DNA of 64,000 nucleotides from an uncultured Acetatifactor sp. (GTDB taxonomy: Bacteria; Bacillota; Clostridia; Lachnospirales; Lachnospiraceae): contig CAJUQT010000010.1 of NCBI GenBank assembly GCA_910588225.1, forward strand, positions 29,224-93,223. Direction: 5' to 3'. The notes under the pieces are model-generated. The model ran no database searches and had not been told where the DNA came from. It saw only the letters and a list, made by a program, of their open reading frames with translations. The position numbers and the translations under genes are program-made. Positions 25,618-37,426 of the stretch are shown here, in pieces; the first letter of the stretch is position 1; each line of letters begins with the position of its first letter.

Positions 25618-28425
25618 TTATGAATTCAAATTCATCAGGATTTTCAACAGTGTATCCGCCAGTCCAACATTATAACCTGCACTGCTGTAGAGGCATTTTT
25701 TCTCATGATTTAAAACCAGAGCAAGGGGCAGACTTCCCTTCTCTTCTCCCACCTCTTCTGCCATAACTTCTGCATTTTTATCAGAATCATCTATAAAGAG
25801 ATTAAGTGCCGGCAGTACTTTTATTGTCCGTTGAAGTGTAGCATTATTCAAATCTTCCGAAGTCTTTAATATCACATAGATCGAATTCTTTAACTTGGCA
25901 AATTCCCTTCTTTTGTCATAAAGCTCATTTAAAATGTGTTCTGTAGGTTCTCTTCCTGTCTCAATCCAAAGAAAAAGTATACTGTCCTTTTCAAGCAACT
26001 CTGACAATTTCCTGACTTTTCCTTTTAATGTCTTCAGGAGAAAATCTTTTACCTGAATTTTCGCTGCTCCGTCTTCTTCCGGTAACTTTCCAAAAGAAAG
26101 TGTCTCTATCCTGCTTTCTCCTTCATTCATGGAAAATACAGTCTTTTTTACTATCTGATCACCGTTTTTCCTCCTGTCTGATGTCAGGATTCGATAGATT
26201 CCCGGTCTCAATATCAATTCCAGTTCTCTGCCCTGTATCCTGTCTGATATCTGATGAGGCCACAGACACAGGAAACTTCCTTCTTCAAATCGTTCCAGAG
26301 AATAATGCTCCCAGTCGAACAGCTTCGGACGATGCTCCATTGAATCATCTTCACATAATATAAGTCTGCATTTTCTATTATCCGCCAAATATTCCGCTGA
26401 TGTAAAATCTTCTCCATCATAATACTCTACAGTACCATCAAATAGATTCAGTCTGGCCGGAATCCCCAGACTGCGATAGAGATTGACACATAATACTTTT
26501 TTTGAATGTCTGCTGCCAATTCCTCCTTTCAGACAATTAAGAGAAGAAGTAATCAAATCCTCATATTGCTCCTCCGGCAGAGACTGGATTTCTTCATCTA
26601 CTGCTTTCCAGAGAATCGCCGGACATTTCCGAATTTCTTCTTCCGCATCTTTGCTCAGATACAGGGAAAGCATTGTCCGACAAGGCCTGAGCATTTCATC
26701 CGACACTCGCGGTGACAAAAGGAATGGGAAAAAGATATCTTCCGGCAGATTTTCTGCATACGGAAAAGCATTTATGCAACAATCTTTCAATATATCTGCA
26801 TCTATATCCCAATAATCCTTCTCTCTCAGCGTATTCAGAACTTTCAGCTTCCATTCATGCCTATCTCCCCTTTTCCAGACAGGCGGCAGATAACTCTCCG
26901 CATCCCACTCCAGAAAACGCACAATCTCTCTCATATTCCCTCTGGCACTGCGCAGTATTTCCTCTGCCTGCATTCTGTTCTGGTCTCCAAAAAGCAACAG
27001 AACCTCGGAAGTTTTTGCCTCTGAATAAAAGCCCTTTTCTTTCTGATTACGATGCAATGTCATTCTGTCCAACCGCTGTTTTCCCAAATCCGTTTTACTC
27101 CGGACCCATTTACATTCCTGACAATCTGAGCATTCAGGCTTTACATTTTCAAAACTTAAATCTTTTTTTATATCCTCCTTATCCCTGGAAAAATTTTTAT
27201 ATTCTGCCTGTGGCGCATGAAAAACAAATTCCATCCATCCTTTCGTACATTCCGGAAAAGACTTCATCACAACAACGAATTCTGCATCTTGCTTATCTTT
27301 TATGCAGTGCAGAGGAATCAGTTTCTCTCCGTACAGCCATTCCTTACCTCTATCCGATTCCCTGCAAATTCCGGCACTGACCTGCAGATCACCATATCCT
27401 GTAACCAATCTGGCAATTCCGTAATTTTCTGGTTCGTATCCTGTCCATACTTCTGCTATTGTACCAAATGTTCCCTGATTCAACACCTGAAATTCCACTC
27501 TTGTCCCAGGGAGCAGATTTCCTTCTTCATCCACTGTTTTTACTGACAGAGTCAGCGTACGGGCATATCGTGACAAATGATTCAGAACTTTGATTGTACC
27601 CTTTTTTCCTACCTGTTCTTCCTCAGGCTCATGAATATCAAACCATCTGGAATGAACCATCATTGCCCTGGAAGAAGCCTCCAGAAACCATCCTGTATTC
27701 AATTGCATCTCCGGCTCACAAGCTCCCAGAAAATACCAATGTCCATCACACCATATTTCCACCCATGCATGATTATCATCACAATGAGACCACAGCGGCG
27801 CATATACCTGGCGGGCAGGAATCCCCATGCTTCGCAAAGCTGTCACAGTCAATGTAGATTCTTCTCCACAACGACCAATAGCGGCATTATACATAGTACG
27901 GGGATTCTGGGTCCGATTATCCGTGGAACGGTATGTGGCTTCTCCTGCACACCAGTAATTAATATCTACCGCCGCATTATAAAGGGAATCTGTACGTACA
28001 TAACCTGTCTCCTGAATCCTGTCATGGAAGAATCTTCTGGTCTCCGTAATGTCTTCATTATTAATTCTATAGTGCAGTACATAGTCAGCAAAAATATGTT
28101 CCGGTATACGACCTGCAAAAGGACCATTCTGCCATAAATATACACCATGCTTTGCATAATCCAGAAAAAGTGATACTGAATAATCCAGCATATCACTGAC
28201 AGGCATAGCGCTGTACAGAAATGTAAGGGCCTGCCTTTCCTCCTCTGTACAGTCCGCTATGACATCCTGAATCTCCTTTTTCTTCTCTCCCAGGAAATTA
28301 TCTGTTCCGTCACACAACATTTTCTGTTTCACACTTCTGATATTCCCATAGGCACATTTCTCCGGCAATTCCATCCTACGCTTAAATTCTGTTCTGATTT
28401 CGTCATAATATTTTGTAGAGAACAC
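25618..28425 (-). CDS. Transglutaminase-fold protein (one core with Cys and His retained plus one degenerate core), PNGase-like motifs
   Basis: GRCGEES...ALRSMGIPAR...DNHAWVE...WYFLGACEP, and a second degenerate repeat LYRSLGIPARL. No signal peptide. Confidence 0.8.
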   Translation of the reverse strand: MFSTKYYDEIRTEFKRRMELPEKCAYGNIRSVKQKMLCDGTDNFLGEKKKEIQDVIADCTEEERQALTFLYSAMPVSDMLDYSVSLFLDYAKHGVYLWQNGPFAGRIPEHIFADYVLHYRINNEDITETRRFFHDRIQETGYVRTDSLYNAAVDINYWCAGEATYRSTDNRTQNPRTMYNAAIGRCGEESTLTVTALRSMGIPARQVYAPLWSHCDDNHAWVEIWCDGHWYFLGACEPEMQLNTGWFLEASSRAMMVHSRWFDIHEPEEEQVGKKGTIKVLNHLSRYARTLTLSVKTVDEEGNLLPGTRVEFQVLNQGTFGTIAEVWTGYEPENYGIARLVTGYGDLQVSAGICRESDRGKEWLYGEKLIPLHCIKDKQDAEFVVVMKSFPECTKGWMEFVFHAPQAEYKNFSRDKEDIKKDLSFENVKPECSDCQECKWVRSKTDLGKQRLDRMTLHRNQKEKGFYSEAKTSEVLLLFGDQNRMQAEEILRSARGNMREIVRFLEWDAESYLPPVWKRGDRHEWKLKVLNTLREKDYWDIDADILKDCCINAFPYAENLPEDIFFPFLLSPRVSDEMLRPCRTMLSLYLSKDAEEEIRKCPAILWKAVDEEIQSLPEEQYEDLITSSLNCLKGGIGSRHSKKVLCVNLYRSLGIPARLNLFDGTVEYYDGEDFTSAEYLADNRKCRLILCEDDSMEHRPKLFDWEHYSLERFEEGSFLCLWPHQISDRIQGRELELILRPGIYRILTSDRRKNGDQIVKKTVFSMNEGESRIETLSFGKLPEEDGAAKIQVKDFLLKTLKGKVRKLSELLEKDSILFLWIETGREPTEHILNELYDKRREFAKLKNSIYVILKTSEDLNNATLQRTIKVLPALNLFIDDSDKNAEVMAEEVGEEKGSLPLALVLNHEKKCLYSSAGYNVGLADTLLKILMNLNS

Positions 28426-28485
28426 TTCTTCCGCCTTTCTCAGAAAACTGAAACATTGGTAGAAAATTTTGTCTTACGCTTTATT

Positions 28486-31590
<3,105 letters not shown>

Positions 31591-31616
31591 TCATTTTTAT
31601 CATTTTAAAGTCACAT

Positions 31617-31645
31617 AAAGCTGCCGCATTTCTGCAGCAGCTTTT
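31617..31645 (-). terminator. Terminator-like hairpin downstream of lysK
   Basis: AAAGCTGC-C-GCA-TTTC-TGC-A-GCAGCTTT, about 10 bp after the lysK stop. Confidence 0.65.
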
Positions 31646-31654
31646 GCTTCCTAT

Positions 31655-33667
31655 TTAACAAATCCTTGTTCCTTCCGGTATGATATCATCCACAAACACC
31701 ACCTGGCATCCGCATGCATTATTAGTTCCGGCCAACAGCATTCCTTCACTTTTCACACCCACAAAACGTGTAGGCTGCAGATTTGCCACCACAATAATTT
31801 TTCGGCCTATTAATTCTTCCGGCTTATAGTATTGCTTAATACTGGATACAATCACTCTCTCTTTGATTCCGTCAAATAGAGTAATCTTATAGCAGCTGTG
31901 TGACTTTCTGATTTCAGCACATTTCAATACTTTACACACCCGCAGATCAATTGCTCTGAATGCGTCAATATCGATTTCCTCTGCAACAGGCGCTACTTCA
32001 TCCGGCTCTCCATATTCCACCGTTGGCTTTTCCTCTTCTTTTGCCTCTTCCGGAGCTGTCAGCACTTTCGTTTCTTCCTCGGTAATCGGCGTGGAAAAAT
32101 CCAGCAGAGAAAGGAATCTGTCCTTTTCAATAGCATAAAGGAACAGATAAAGCCTTGGACCCTTTTCCTTATTCAACAGTAATTTATACACATCCTTAAA
32201 GAAGGTTCCCTGCAATGCCTTTAAATTTTCCACATCATAACCATATATTCTCTTTGGAATTTCATACAGTTCCTTATTCAGCTCTTCCAGTGTATAATCA
32301 CTTCCGGAGAGATATTCATACAACATTTTTACAGCTGCTTTTTCCTGTTCATTCAATTCATTATATACAGGCCAGTTTCTCACCGGACAAAGCTTATTTA
32401 CATTTTCCGGAGAACAGTTCTCCAGCCAGTATTCAGCCAGTCCCAGACGCTCTTTAAAATCTTCATATTTATACGGTGTTCCTATTTTCTCGAATACTGT
32501 CTCCAGCATATCCGGATTGAAATCCACAATGGAACCCAGCTGAACCAGATGAGACATGGGCACTGTTCTGATTTTTTCCTCAAACATCAGGCAGCTTTTC
32601 ATAATATCCTGTATATACTCATCCGCAGAGCCATCCATATAACTGTTGTACTGCTTATCGAATTCAAAATACTGTCTCAGAATTCCGTCGTCAAAGCAGA
32701 AATCAAATGCTTTATTAGGTTCCGATTTTGCATAGAGCCACAGAATCACTTCCGGCTGGTAGATACTCAACAGTGTAGCAGGCGTCAGATTCAGGCCAGA
32801 AGAACCTGACATCTTACCAGTAGACCCCTTAATACCAATGAATTCATATCCCTGGAAAACAGGGGCGTCATAATCAAAAATCTTTTTTGCAATTACTTTA
32901 CTGGTATCATAGCTTCCCCCCGGGCTTGCATGATCCTTTCCGCCCGGCTCGAAGTCAACCTGCTCATACTTCCAGCGCATGGGCCAGTCAACCTTCCAGG
33001 CCAGCTTGCAGTTATAATCCTTCGTAAAATCATGTTTTCCTTCATAACCGCACTTACAGATATAGTCTGCTCTGGTACAATCTTCCGAAAGACCGATTAT
33101 CTTTGTGGTATCTCTGTGACATTCCGGACAATAGATACTCACTGGATAATAAGCTTCCCTTTCTCCTTCCTGTGCATCCTGTGTACGGAAACTGTCGAGA
33201 ATATCAAATATTTCACCCCTTTTACGCAAAGCCTCAATCACATAATCCTTATACTTTCCGCTCTTATTCATCTGGGCCTGATATCTGTATTCCATTTTAA
33301 TACCGAACTTTTCAATGGAAGCTTCAAATTCTTTCTCAAAATATTCCGCATAAGACTTTTCTTCCGTATCAAAAGGATTCGGCGTGTCCGCATAGGAAAC
33401 TCCGATATACTTTTCCATATCATCCCTTACTTTAGCTACATTCACCGGAATTTTCCTTACCCTGTCATACTCGTCCCACGAGAACAGAAGCTTTGCTTTT
33501 TTGCCTTTTCTCTCCAATGCTTTCGCCACAAAAAGGCTGGTGGCAATATCTCTGAAATTACCGATATGAACGGAACCGGAAGGGCTGATTCCAGCGGCAC
33601 ATACATATTCTTCTTTGCTTGGATTTCTGCTGATAATTTTTTCCGCAATCTTGTCTGACCAATGCAT
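31655..33667 (-). CDS. lysK: Class I lysyl-tRNA synthetase with a C-terminal tRNA-binding (Trbp111/MetRS-C-like) domain
   Basis: MHWSD, GISPSGSVHIGNFRD (HIGH-like), KVDWPMRW, EPGGKDH, KMSGS, GPRL. The C-terminal ~110 aa (DLRVCKV...VANL.P..F.GVKSEGMLLA) match the OB-fold tRNA-binding domain. Confidence 0.92.
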   Translation of the reverse strand: MHWSDKIAEKIISRNPSKEEYVCAAGISPSGSVHIGNFRDIATSLFVAKALERKGKKAKLLFSWDEYDRVRKIPVNVAKVRDDMEKYIGVSYADTPNPFDTEEKSYAEYFEKEFEASIEKFGIKMEYRYQAQMNKSGKYKDYVIEALRKRGEIFDILDSFRTQDAQEGEREAYYPVSIYCPECHRDTTKIIGLSEDCTRADYICKCGYEGKHDFTKDYNCKLAWKVDWPMRWKYEQVDFEPGGKDHASPGGSYDTSKVIAKKIFDYDAPVFQGYEFIGIKGSTGKMSGSSGLNLTPATLLSIYQPEVILWLYAKSEPNKAFDFCFDDGILRQYFEFDKQYNSYMDGSADEYIQDIMKSCLMFEEKIRTVPMSHLVQLGSIVDFNPDMLETVFEKIGTPYKYEDFKERLGLAEYWLENCSPENVNKLCPVRNWPVYNELNEQEKAAVKMLYEYLSGSDYTLEELNKELYEIPKRIYGYDVENLKALQGTFFKDVYKLLLNKEKGPRLYLFLYAIEKDRFLSLLDFSTPITEEETKVLTAPEEAKEEEKPTVEYGEPDEVAPVAEEIDIDAFRAIDLRVCKVLKCAEIRKSHSCYKITLFDGIKERVIVSSIKQYYKPEELIGRKIIVVANLQPTRFVGVKSEGMLLAGTNNACGCQVVFVDDIIPEGTRIC

Positions 33668-33880
33668 TTGTAATCCTGTCCTTTCTGTAACCTGCGGCCA
33701 TTTTGGGCTGCTTCCTGCATTATACAGTACGCCTAACTTAAAGTCAATTGTCGGAACAGGCTTTTCTCATGTTTATTTCCCTGATATTGCGCTTGCATTC
33801 AAAGCTTTGGATGTTGTACAATGCTGAATAGTTACAAATATTTCTCACATAAATTATAACCAAAACGGAGTCAGTTTCAT

Positions 33881-35758
33881 ATGGACAAAATGAGAATGGA
33901 GTCAGTGGATATTTTTCAGCAGAATATAAATAAACTTGAGACGCTTTTTCCAGAATGCATTACTGAGTGCATAGGAAAAGACGGTAAAATGACAAAAACT
34001 GTAAATATTGAACGATTCAGACAGCTTTTTACCGATGAATTGCAGGGAAGAAATGAAGTCTATGAGTTCACCTGGGTTGGAAAAAAAGCAGCCATTGCTG
34101 AAGCCTGCAAACCTGTTCGAAAGACACTGCGTCCATGTCCCGACGAAAGTGTAGACTGGAATACTACTGAAAATATCTATATTGAGGGAGACAATCTGGA
34201 TGTATTAAAACTTCTTCAGGAAAGCTATCTTGAAAAAGTGAAAATGATTTATATTGATCCGCCTTACAATACAGGCAATGATTTTATTTATCAGGACAAT
34301 TTTACTCAAAATGCAGATAAATACAATGCACTGACAGAAAAATTTGACGAACAGAATCGTTCTCTCTTCAAAAATACGGATTACAACGGACGATTTCATT
34401 CAGACTGGTGCAGCATGATTTATTCCCGGCTGATGCTGGCAAGAAATCTGCTGACAAAGGATGGTGTCATTTTTATCAGCATTGATGATCATGAAGCAGC
34501 AGCCCTGCGTCTTATCTGTGATGAAATATTCGGAGAGCGCAATTTTATAGCTCAGATTGTATGGGAAAAAGTTCACACCCGGAAAAATTCTTCCATTAAT
34601 TTTTCCGGTTCTCATGAATATATTCTGTGTTATGCCAAGAAAAAGAGAGAAAATGCCGGAGACGAAGACGGATTTCGAATTCATCTGCTGCCCAGAGAAA
34701 ATACGGATGCTTACGCCAATCCTGACAATGATCCAAAGGGTCCCTGGAAAGCAGACCCCATAACTGCTCATAATTATTATAGTGCGGATTATCAGATTAC
34801 CAAACCGGATGGTACGATTATCAGAAGGCCGAAGGACAGATACTGGGCTTTCAGTGAAGAGACCTGGAACCGGCTTGTCAGTGAAAATGCAGTCATCTGG
34901 GGAAACGGAGATTCCATGCCTATGATGAAGCGCTATCTCTGTGACGTAAATGACGGTCTTGTTCCAACTACGTTATTCACAAGAAAATTTGCCGGGGATA
35001 CTTCCACAGCCAAGAAAAATATGGATGTTCTCTTTGATGTCAACGGACTGTTTGACTATACAAAGCCGGTAAAGCTTTTATACAGGCTGCTGCAGATTTC
35101 CACAGCGGAAAATGATATAGTTCTGGATTTCTTCTCCGGTTCCGGAACTACTGCTCAGGCAGTTATGGAATATAATTTCCGAAGCAACGGACATCGAAAA
35201 TTTATTATGGTCCAAATTCCGGAAAAGCCCTCTGAGAATTCCATCGCTTTTCAGACAGGATATGTATCTATCTGTGAGTTGGGAAAGGAACGTATCCGCC
35301 GTGCCGGATCGAGATTGAAAAAAGAATATTGCAATACTGTTCAGGATCAGGATACAGGTTTTCGGGTTTTTAAACTGGCTGACAGCAATATGAATGATAT
35401 TTATTACAGTGCAGATGAATATAACCAGAATCTTTTATCTCTTATGGAATCCAATATTAAAGCAGACCGAAATGATCTTGATCTGATATTTGGCTGCCTT
35501 CTGGAATGGGGACTGCCTCTTTCCATGCCTCTGCGCAGTGAAATATGGGGAAATTCCCATATTCATATTTACAATGATGGAGATATGATAGCCTGTTTTG
35601 ATGAGGATATACCAGAAAGCATCATTACCGAAATAGCTGAAAATAAGCCTGGACAGGTTGTATTTCGGGATATGAGTTTTTTATCCAGTCCTATTAAAAT
35701 AAATGTAACGGAAATTTTCAGAATAATTTCACCTGAAACAAAAATCAAAATTATTTAA
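33881..35758 (+). CDS. mod: Site-specific adenine DNA methyltransferase, type III Mod-like, with no res gene adjacent
   Basis: IEGDNL, YIDPPYNTG (motif IV), FISIDD.E, VLDFFSGSGTTAQAV (motif I) and a Mod-type N-terminus and C-terminus. Confidence 0.88.
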   Translation: MDKMRMESVDIFQQNINKLETLFPECITECIGKDGKMTKTVNIERFRQLFTDELQGRNEVYEFTWVGKKAAIAEACKPVRKTLRPCPDESVDWNTTENIYIEGDNLDVLKLLQESYLEKVKMIYIDPPYNTGNDFIYQDNFTQNADKYNALTEKFDEQNRSLFKNTDYNGRFHSDWCSMIYSRLMLARNLLTKDGVIFISIDDHEAAALRLICDEIFGERNFIAQIVWEKVHTRKNSSINFSGSHEYILCYAKKKRENAGDEDGFRIHLLPRENTDAYANPDNDPKGPWKADPITAHNYYSADYQITKPDGTIIRRPKDRYWAFSEETWNRLVSENAVIWGNGDSMPMMKRYLCDVNDGLVPTTLFTRKFAGDTSTAKKNMDVLFDVNGLFDYTKPVKLLYRLLQISTAENDIVLDFFSGSGTTAQAVMEYNFRSNGHRKFIMVQIPEKPSENSIAFQTGYVSICELGKERIRRAGSRLKKEYCNTVQDQDTGFRVFKLADSNMNDIYYSADEYNQNLLSLMESNIKADRNDLDLIFGCLLEWGLPLSMPLRSEIWGNSHIHIYNDGDMIACFDEDIPESIITEIAENKPGQVVFRDMSFLSSPIKINVTEIFRIISPETKIKII

Positions 35759-35857
35759 ATAAATATAAGGTATTTCATATAGTTTTACAAATAAACATAG
35801 ACTTTCTTTACTGTTTTGTGATATGATAAAAAAAATATACACGAAAGGTAAAATATT

Positions 35858-37336
35858 ATGATTTCTGATAAATTATACTCAATGGCATTTAAATTCAAAA
35901 AGAAAAAAGTCTGGGATATCATATTGAATGTACATGTTTTTGCAGTAAAATTTTCTGATGGCAATACAGGTTATGTTAACATTACCAAGTCTGTAAACGG
36001 ACGCTGTTGTCTTACCATTTATCTGGGGGATAAAGGTTTCAATTGCCTCCGAAGCATGGCAGAACTGGATAAAATACTGACAACCCCCTTTTCCCCCTTT
36101 AAATTTCAGGAAGCCCTTATTCAGCAGGAATGTATCAAATGTCTCTTCGTCAGTAAAAGTCAGCTGACGGAAGAAGAACAGGAAGGCATTAAAAGTTATA
36201 CTTCCTCTCATGAAATACGACTTTCCGGAAAAAATACATATCCTCAGTTTATTAAATATACAACTAATTGCATACCAATCACATTTTTGACAGAGAAGGA
36301 ACAGGAATACCTCTGTGAAGCTTTTTCGGCTTCTATGGCACTGTCGGATATTCTTATACGTGACATGAATTATACTCTGGGAATGACACAGATTTATGAT
36401 GATCCGGATACTATTGTTTCTCTGGAACTGAAAGGTGGAAAATATGTAACAGAAGAAATACCTGTACCTGAAAGAATTTCTCCAACTTATCCCTCCCCAA
36501 AAGCTGCCAATGATATCGCTGTTGCCAAATTGAAGAAACAAAAAAAAGTCGGCATATGGGAATGTGAAATTATCCGTTTTCCTCAACCTGTTCAAAATAG
36601 TCCGGAAGAAATCCCCAATTACCCTGTTGTTTTAATTGCAATAGAAAGTACTACTGATTATTTTCTCTCCATATCGCCGGTATCTCATTATGAAGAAAAT
36701 CCTGATAAACTGATTGATAATTTTATAGATTCTTTTCTGCAGCACGAATTTTGTCCCAAAGAAATTAAAGTACGTGATGAACGTACTTATGCCTTTGCGG
36801 AAGATATATGTAAGAAATTAAAGATTACTCTCAGTTTTGAAGAAGAATTAAAAGTTCTGGATGAGGCAGAACTTACATTCTGGGATCGGTTTGGGATAAC
36901 AGAACAGGAGAAGCCACAGGAAGATAAAGTAACTCCCATTCCTGTGAGACAATCCTATCTTATCAGTGTTTCCCTCGGTTCCGGCTGCTACCGTCATATT
37001 CAGATTTCCGGCAACAGTAAATTATCGGATCTACATACATCTATATTGAATGCATTTGAATTAAAAGAAGAAGACCATGAACATGGATTTTTTATGGACA
37101 ACAAAATATGGAGCAACGAAAACTGTTATCTTGCAAATCCTCCCTATCCTGAATTTCCTTCTACTTATGATTACAGATTAAGTCAAATTGAATTATCTAA
37201 AGGAAAACAGTTTAAATATCTTTTTGATTTTACAAATGAATGGAAATTTCAATGTAAAATACTTCAAGTCATGGAAACCGATACCAAAAAACCTATGGTC
37301 GTAAAAAGTAAAGGAAATGCTCCTTTATCCAAATAA
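35858..37336 (+). CDS. Multidomain protein with a C-terminal plasmid pRiA4b ORF3-like (MM3350) domain
   Basis: C-terminal YRHIQI....LSDLH.SILNAF......H...F...KQFKYLFDF..EW.F pattern. The N-terminal ~350 aa is of unknown function. AT-rich. Confidence 0.7.
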   Translation: MISDKLYSMAFKFKKKKVWDIILNVHVFAVKFSDGNTGYVNITKSVNGRCCLTIYLGDKGFNCLRSMAELDKILTTPFSPFKFQEALIQQECIKCLFVSKSQLTEEEQEGIKSYTSSHEIRLSGKNTYPQFIKYTTNCIPITFLTEKEQEYLCEAFSASMALSDILIRDMNYTLGMTQIYDDPDTIVSLELKGGKYVTEEIPVPERISPTYPSPKAANDIAVAKLKKQKKVGIWECEIIRFPQPVQNSPEEIPNYPVVLIAIESTTDYFLSISPVSHYEENPDKLIDNFIDSFLQHEFCPKEIKVRDERTYAFAEDICKKLKITLSFEEELKVLDEAELTFWDRFGITEQEKPQEDKVTPIPVRQSYLISVSLGSGCYRHIQISGNSKLSDLHTSILNAFELKEEDHEHGFFMDNKIWSNENCYLANPPYPEFPSTYDYRLSQIELSKGKQFKYLFDFTNEWKFQCKILQVMETDTKKPMVVKSKGNAPLSK

Positions 37337-37376
37337 ATAGAATCATCTAATTAACTGCTTCATGATTGTAAGATTT

Positions 37377-37417
37377 AAAAAAGAGCTGCGGCACACAGAC
37401 AGTGCAGCAGCTCTTTT
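37377..37417. terminator. Bidirectional intrinsic terminator between the ORF3-like gene and gyrA
   Basis: AAAAGAGCTGC-G-GCAC-ACAGACA-GTGC-A-GCAGCTCTTTT with A and T tracts on the two sides. Confidence 0.85.
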
Positions 37418-37426
37418 CATTTCTTT

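Noticed and set aside
27030-27070. CxxCxxC (ECSDCQEC) in the transglutaminase-like protein as an Fe-S site
   Set aside because: It lies in a low-complexity linker with no fourth Cys-Pro or ferredoxin context; probably chance.
33668-33880. T-box leaders for lysK or serS
   Set aside because: No T-box consensus or terminator upstream of lysK; serS starts only 8 bp after the DUF4446 stop.
33881-35758. Phase-variable mod (phasevarion)
   Set aside because: No tandem simple-sequence repeat tract was found in the gene or its promoter.
33881-37336. Complete type III restriction-modification system
   Set aside because: The downstream protein has no DEAD/DEAH helicase or PD-(D/E)xK motifs that I could see, so it is not Res.
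35759-37426. rRNA operon after gyrA, or any rRNA/tRNA gene in the window
   Set aside because: No rRNA or tRNA signature sequences were seen; the space is filled by protein-coding ORFs.
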